From the NCBI GenBank assembly GCA_033442325.1, contig JAWQFM010000007.1:82038-146037 (forward strand): DNA of 64,000 nucleotides, written 5' to 3'. Of the stretch, positions 54,101 to 64,000 are shown in pieces. Numbering within the stretch: position 1 is the first letter of the stretch; each line of letters starts with the position of its first letter. The position numbers and the translations under genes are program-made. The notes below the pieces were generated by a model. It did not search any database, was not told the DNA's origin, and was given only the letters and a program-made list of their open reading frames with translations. The stretch comes from Salpingoeca rosetta (lineage: Eukaryota > Protista > Choanoflagellata).

Positions 54101-55824
54101 GGGGGGGGGGAGAGATGAAAGCATACAGAACAGGCATGAGTTTGAACGTGAGCTATAATTATGTTGACGTGGGGGTGTTGGCGTGATGGACGGGAGGGGG
54201 GTGATTGGTGTTTCCGCTGTGAAAATCGCTGCGAGGAGGCTCGCTGAGCGGCAAGCACGCAATCCACACCATTTGAAGGCGTGCACATGACGAGCGAAAG
54301 ATCAACACACAAACACACACACACACACACGCACACACCTGTCTCTGAGAGGGTTTGGTAGATTGGCTCCTGCTGCGCCTGAAGCTCCTCGAGGGTGTAA
54401 TAGATCTGGCTCTCCTCATCACTGTCCGCTTCGCGGTAGAATGTCGCCGGTCGCTCCCGTCGCCCCCGTGGCGCCGCCTCGCTCGGAACATCAAAGATGG
54501 ACCTGGCAGTGGTGGCGGTGGCGGTGGTGTGAGCATGTGCGAGGGCTTGTGCGCGTGTGTATGTGTGGCTGTGCATGCAGGAATGTGTGTACTACACGCA
54601 TATGTATGTGTGGGTTTCGGCTCTTCCTCTTGAGTGTGGCATTTGCGTGAACTTACGCGGTCATTGTCATGCTGCGGACCATGCGGATGAGCTCGTGGTA
54701 CGACACGGCGCGGTCGCCACACGGCCGCCGCAGATACCCGGCACCCTGCAGTCGCCGTGGCAGGGGTGGTGGTGGTGGTGGTGGTGGTGGTGGGAAGGAG
54801 GAGAGGGTGAAGAAGGAGAATGGGAATGAGTGAGAGCGGCTTTGGGTGAAAGCCAAACAGGGAATCAGGGCACCAATGTTGACAGCAGTCCACATGTGTG
54901 ACCGACAGCAAGCAACCACATCACAGCGGCTGTACCTTGAGCGGTGCGCGAGCGTGGTAGTGAACGATGCTGCGCAGTGACTTGTGGCGGGCGTTACCAC
55001 CGGCGTCGCCAGCAATGCGGTAGCGGTGGCGGCGGACGACGTGAATGTCGTAGTGGTACACACGGTTCTTGTGGTGCGCAGACAGCACATACCTGCAGCA
55101 ACGATGAAGTCGAGGAAGGAAGGGAAGGAAGGAACACGTGAGACAAGTGCACGGCAGACAGAGACCAGGCGAGTGAATGGGGCTGCATTCTTCCGTGTGC
55201 AATGAGGATTGTGTGTGTGTGTGTGTGCATGGCTGTACTGCAACATACACATAGACAAATACGCCCGCACACATGGTTGATGCGCACGCCTGCATACGAG
55301 TACAGTGACAGCTAGACGAGGCAACGAACCCCGGAAAGTCGCGTGAGACGCGGATGTGGAAAGCGCCCTCACAGCTGGAGAGGAGAATCTGCTCTGATCG
55401 CTCCGTCGACACGAGGCCGAGGAACCACGCGTACGGCCGCCCGGTCCTGGTGGTGGTGGTGGTGATTGGTGGTGATTGATGGTGATTGATGGTAATTGAT
55501 GGTGATTGATGGTGAGTGGTGAGCCTTTGAAGCAGACGAGGAAGCGCACGCAATGGCGTCACACTTACACGCACACACGTGCACACAATCAACGATGGAA
55601 GGTCAGCGCGAGCAAGCAGTCGAGTTACTGACTTTGAGAGGCCGACGCCGCGGACAAGCTCTGATGTCTTCCACCACTTGAGCACATCGTGGAAACGCGT
55701 GCACAAGTCAACACTAGCAGCACCCTCTGTCTCGGATCCAAGCAGCCTGAACACGACAGCAGCAAGATGGCATTGCATCAAGTGAGTTGCTGAACAATGC
55801 GAGAGAGAGAGAGAGAGAGAGAGA

Positions 55825-55856
<32 letters not shown>

Positions 55857-55865
55857 GTGTATGTG

Positions 55866-55898
<33 letters not shown>

Positions 55899-57850
55899 CG
55901 TGGTACACGTGCACACCCTGCGGGGATGGAAACTGACATTTCTGATGTCACATTGCAGAGGGGTGTGTCGTCGTATTCGAGGGCATTGAGGGCGTTTGCC
56001 TTTCGCTGGTTGTTGGCGTGCTTGTGGTGCTTTCGCCTCCTCTTGTGGTGATCGCGAGCGCGGTCGCCTTTGCTCGGCGAGTGCCCGTTGCTGGTCAGCC
56101 GCAGTTCATTGCGGCGCTTTTGCCTGCAAGCACAAAGGGTGGACATAAACCAGTCACACGTGAGTACGCGGGCAGCAGGAAGTGCAATGCCGCACAGAAA
56201 CAAGAGCAATAAACATACAAACAAACAAACAAACAAACAACATACAAACAAACAAACAAACAAACAAACAAACAAACAAACAAACAAACAAACAAACAAA
56301 CATACAAACAAACATACAAACAAAAAAACAAAGCGGGCGCTGCACCTCTTGTTCGAAGTGCAGGCGATGGAGACGACAAAACCGAGAACAACGAGGAGGA
56401 GAAATCCTCCAACCGCAATCAGGATGTACGCCAGATCAGACAGGCCTGAAAAAATCAACCGTAACGTGCACACATGCGGGATGAGAGATGGGTGATACAC
56501 ACACACGCACACACGCACACACGCACACACACACACACACACACTCACACACACACACACTCACACACACACACACACACTTTCTTCCACCTCTCCTGCT
56601 CCCTCCTGGTTCGTTGGTCTGACGCTATGACACGTTCTCCCACCCAACACCAACACCGCCACGCCACTTCCATTGCCGCCGTGTGTGGGATCTGACCTGG
56701 GACGCCCGAGTTGGAAGCTGGCGGAGCACCAGTCGTGGTGGTTGTCGGCGTGCTTGCAAGCACCGTCAGAGTGTACCCTGTGTCCTGCTCCAACTGCCGC
56801 AATGTGTCTTCGTCCATCACCAGCTAACACATGCAAGCGAGAGAGTGAGGAGAGACACAAAACGAGAAGCGGGTGAGCAAGAGTTGCGCGATGTGTTGTG
56901 TTGCACTGTAGGCTGCGCAACTGTAATTGATATGCAGCCGTGTGCATGTGTGTGCATGTTGCGCTCTCGCGGGGCAGGGCAGAATGGAAGGGAGACACTC
57001 GTCATGAACACCAACCACATCGGTCACCACACTCGTAATCACACAAAATGGCGTGGGGTTATACTCACGGCTTGCAAAAGGCCTGAGGCAAGACACAGGC
57101 GGGTCTCTGTTCTACACGCGGAGAAGGTGACAGACACGGCGTTGCCGCTGCCCACAAACTCAAAGTACACGCGCGCGTGCAGCAGGGCTTCCAGTTCCCG
57201 TCGAAGCACCCTGACGGTGGTGATTGGCGGTGGTGGGTGAGCACGAGACAGCATAGGGTCGTGGTTCATGCACGCATGTGCAACGGTAAGTACAAGGCAT
57301 CATGTTAAAAGCAAAGGTGTGCAAGCACGAACGTTGAGTTGAAGGGATTGGCGTCGTGTGTCTGGACAAATACGGTTGTGGTGCCGGCGGTGTGGATGCA
57401 CTCGCCACTGGTCAGCGTCGACCCAATGTCGCACACGCACTCGCCATTCAGCCCGCACGCATAGCACGTCGCCTGCGAGCACGGCAGGCACTGTGTACTG
57501 TCACCACGACCGTCTGCTGCTGCTGCTGCTGCTGTTGCTGCTGCTGGGTAGTGGGCGGCGCCGCACACGCGACAGGAGCGGGTCACATCGTCTGCAATGA
57601 GCGGTGACGGGCACGATGTCACGCACTGGCCGTCGTGCAGGTATGTGTATGTCGGGCAGAGCACGCACGCGCCGTCACGTGTGCAGTTGGCGCAGTTGTC
57701 GGTGCAGCGTGCATTGGAGCACACGCGATCCGATGTGGCCGTGGGCGCAGCAACTTGCTCGGAAGACGCACACGCAGGCGACACCTGTGTTATGTGTGTG
57801 CGTGTGTGTGTGTTATGTGTGTTATGTGTGTGTTTTGTGCGTGTGTTTTG

Positions 57851-57917
<67 letters not shown>

Positions 57918-58838
57918 TGCACGGAGAGAAAGATGGTCAGTTGAGTGCTTGTCATTGAAAACAGCCAGGTTGAACGGCAGCAGCAAGTGAACAGCACGAA
58001 CAAAGACACCACCGCCGCAACACACATTGCTCAACACACCTGCGCACACGTGTCCTTGCGAAGAAAAAACTCGGCGGGTTCGCTGTCATCGTCGACATGG
58101 CATGCGCTGCACACCATACGCGCGGTGCGGGCAACCTGAAACGCAACCACCGCGGGATCAAACATGTCCCACAGGGCTGGGGTGCCAGCAGAGGACACAA
58201 ACGGCGGGTGGGAGGGCGTGCTTGCAAGCACGTCGCCCGTGGTGGTGTGGGTGACCACCCACAGCTGCGTGTCCGGGTCAAACGCAAGCACAACAGTGTT
58301 GTCTGGGGAGATCCAGCGAAAGGCGGTGTGGTCGCCCAGCAGCGCTGATGACGGCATGTTGCTGTTGCTGTTGCTGTTGTCGTTGTTGTTCGCGATTGTG
58401 GTGGAATCGTTGACTCTGTTGTTGGGGTTTGTGGTTGAGGCTGGCCCGACCACGACGGGCGGGGCTGTTGTGGATGCGGCAATGGTGGTGTTTGGTGGCG
58501 AGAATGCCAGCTGGGCGGCGGAAATGATGTCGCTGTGGCGCACGTTCAGTGGGACGTTGGTGAAGTGAAACGTGTGGCAGTAGGCGCACTGCTCTTCGTT
58601 GCACGCGCGTGTATGTGGTGCTGTTGGTGTGCCATGAAACATAGGTGTGGTGGAGCAATAAGGAGCGATAGAGGGGGTGAGACCGGGGGGGGGGGGGGTT
58701 AATTGGTTGGTTGATGTTCGTTGATGTGTTGGTTGGTTGATGTGTTGGTTGATATGTTGGTTGATGTGTTGGTTCAAGAGTTGAGCAGCTGTGAGCACTC
58801 ATGCTGGCACTCATACATGGCAGTGCATGAACGATGCA

Positions 58839-58900
<62 letters not shown>

Positions 58901-59447
58901 CACATACCTGGTTTGGGAGTGCTGCATTGGCTCGTGGTGGAGGAAGATGCGCACACACAGGTGTAGTCAACGTGTTGGACACCTCCACCACATGCGACGG
59001 AGCAGCTGCTGGCAACAGGCTCCCAGTTGCACGCGCCATGCACCCCTGCGACCACGCAGTTGTGTGTTGTGTGTTGTGTGTTGTGTGTTGTGTGTTGTGT
59101 GTGTGTTTGTGTTTGTGTTGTGTGTGCAATTTGCATGAGGTGAGTGCGCATGCATGCCAGCACGATGAAGCACAGTCATACAGCAGAGCACACAGCACCT
59201 GCTGCTGTGACCTGCACGTTTTGGCAGTGCAAGCAAGCACAAGCATGTGCTGGTTCCACATTGCATTGATCATCAAATCAAGGCATGCTGTGATGAGACG
59301 TGATGTGCATGTGCATGTGTGTGTGTGTGCATGTGTGTGCATGTGTGTGTGTGCATGTGTGTGTGTGTGTGTGTGCATGTGTGTGTGTGTGTGTGTGCAC
59401 GCACCTGTGGCAAGAGCGAGTGCCAGCACCACGATGAACGCCTGCAT
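50352..59447 (-). CDS. Single-pass receptor: signal peptide, TSP1 repeat, furin-like Cys-rich region, TM helix, intracellular SH2 domain, and a ~1000-aa tail with Tyr and PPxY motifs; 17 exons
   Basis: All junctions are GT-AG and phase-consistent. MQAFIVVLALALATGVHG then ACNW...CSVACGGG; CANC...CVLC...YLHDGQCVTSCP; TM AYILIAVGGFLLLVVLGFVVSIAC (56346-56445); SH2 WFLGLVS...GAFHIRVS...GYVLS...HYDI...SLRSIVHYH (54936-55446); ends RSLPVQEL*. Confidence 0.82.
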
Positions 59448-60867
59448 GGTGGCCGTGGCCGTGGTGGTGGTGGTGGTCATGTGTCTGCTGTGCCTATGCG
59501 ACATGCCGCATAGTGCTGGGCGAGGTGATGTGGCCTGAAGACAAGTGATGCGTGGTGTTGCTGTGGCTGCGGCAGTTGCTGGCGTTGTGCGTGTGTCGGC
59601 GGCTGTGCTTGTGCTTGCTGCTTGTGCGGTGGCTGGGGCTTGCGCCATGTAACAGGCAGAAGTGTGGTTGCCGCAGCGCGTGACTCTTGCACCAGCGCTC
59701 GCGGGAGGTCTGTGGCGGCTTGTGGGCGCGGAGTGAACTCGCTCAGATCAGATCACGGAGAGCAAGTGGGGAGATGTTACTGCTGGGTGCTGGTGTGACG
59801 GCTGCTGTTTGTGTGTTTGTGTGTGGGCGGGGGGTGGCGATGGAGAGGTGCTCTCTGCAGCTGCTCATGTGTGTGCGTTTCACGTAGGCTGGAGAGTGTG
59901 CTGGGAGGGAGTGGGTGAGAAAGGAGGGTGGACGCCAAGAGCAATGCCGGGTTGCTGATTTTTGTTGAGTGCTGTGCTTGCAGACTTGCTTGCTGGACGG
60001 TTGGTTGGTGTGCCGACGGGCGTGTTGTGCCCGGGTGTTGGTGGGAGAAACACCGTGTTGTCACGCAGCCAGGCCTTGTTGTTGCTGCGTGTGAGCGGAT
60101 CGGTGACGACGAGGAGGGTGCACCACAAAGAAAGTCGCGCGCCACTGCTGGCTGGTGGTGCTGCAGTGGTGGGTGCTTGTGTGCTTGTGTGCTTGTGTGT
60201 GCTTGTGTGTGCTTGTGTGCTTGTGTGTGTTGAGTTGCTGCGCGCGCGTGTGGGTGCGTGAACAATGATGACATGTAAAGAGCCGTCTGGAAACAGGGGC
60301 AGTTGCTGTGGAAGTCACGGGGCAACCGCTCGACATGCAGCTCGACACGCCTGGCCAGCAGCACACCAACGGTGGAGAAACCAAAACAACGACCAATGTC
60401 GACACACGCGAACGAGGCGGAAAGCAAGCGGCGGGGCGGCAGGCGTGGAGGGGCGTGCTGTTGGCGCAACAACGGGCACCGTTGCTTTGAAGCGTGAGCA
60501 GCACGACAAAACGCCTCGTCACCGCCCAACCAACCCAAACCAAAACATCCACAACGCCACTGCACTTCGATCCTCCGTTGGTGGCGAACCCGCACGTTGT
60601 GTGTGTGTGCCTGTGCGCGTGTGCAGCCAGTCCTGCGTGCGTGGTGTGTTGTGTTGTGGTGTGGGCAACACAAGCTGCACCCACAACAACAACAACAACA
60701 CGCAATCAGTCGCAGCGTGCAGTGGCGAACTGGTGTTGTTCGCGGCGTCGTTGGCCGTGTCGTTGGTGGCGTGGCGAGGCATCAAATAATGCTGACTCAG
60801 CAATACAGGGAGACCGACAGAGAAAAAAACCGACGAGCAACTACAACGCAGAACAGCAGCAGAGACG

Positions 60868-63689
<2,822 letters not shown>

Positions 63690-63905
63690 AGTGAGTTTGC
63701 TTCTGCACAGATGTTGTGTTGGTGTTGTTGTGTGTGTATGTGTGTCTCCGTCTGTCTCTGTGTGTCTCTGTCTGTCTGTGTCTCTCTGTCTGTCTGTCTG
63801 CGTGTCTGTCTGCGTGTCTGTGTGCTGATCACTATTGCCTACTTGCATTTGCCCTGTCATACTTGTTCTGTCAGAACCAATTCAGCCACTCACTCATACC
63901 CATTC

Positions 63906-63907
<2 letters not shown>

Positions 63908-64000
<93 letters not shown>
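63908..64000. repeat. (CA)n microsatellite, representative of dozens of intronic (CA/GT)n tracts across the window
   Basis: Directly visible. Confidence 0.95.

Noticed and set aside
59199-59211. 13-nt AG/GT-flanked candidate micro-exon
   Set aside because: It would shift the frame. Exon 1 already joins exon 2 to form a clean signal peptide.

Overview
Intron-dense eukaryotic genomic DNA. Nearly every intron carries (CA/GT)n microsatellites. Gene content and splice style point to a choanoflagellate, most likely Salpingoeca rosetta; this is an inference, not a database match. I reconstructed 14 protein-coding genes by hand-splicing: a PP1 catalytic subunit (-), a type II thioesterase fused to a MerB-like domain (+), two head-to-head paralogous Cys-rich, mucin-like single-pass proteins with Ser-Gly motifs (-/+), an ankyrin-repeat protein (+), a bacterial-type family II Mn-dependent pyrophosphatase (-), BMS1 (-), an intronless SAP+bZIP factor (+), a ZIP9-like transporter (-), RPB10 (+), CCT4 (-, apparently missing exons), a ~31-exon 7TM receptor fused to a tyrosine kinase (+), a TSP1/furin-like single-pass receptor with an intracellular SH2 domain and a Tyr-motif tail (-), and TMEM115 (+, runs off the window). 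The best candidates for new biology are the 7TM-tyrosine kinase lying tail-to-tail with the kinase-less TM-SH2 receptor, the syndecan-like candidate proteoglycan pair, and the thioesterase-MerB fusion. Most ORFs in the supplied track are microsatellite artefacts.
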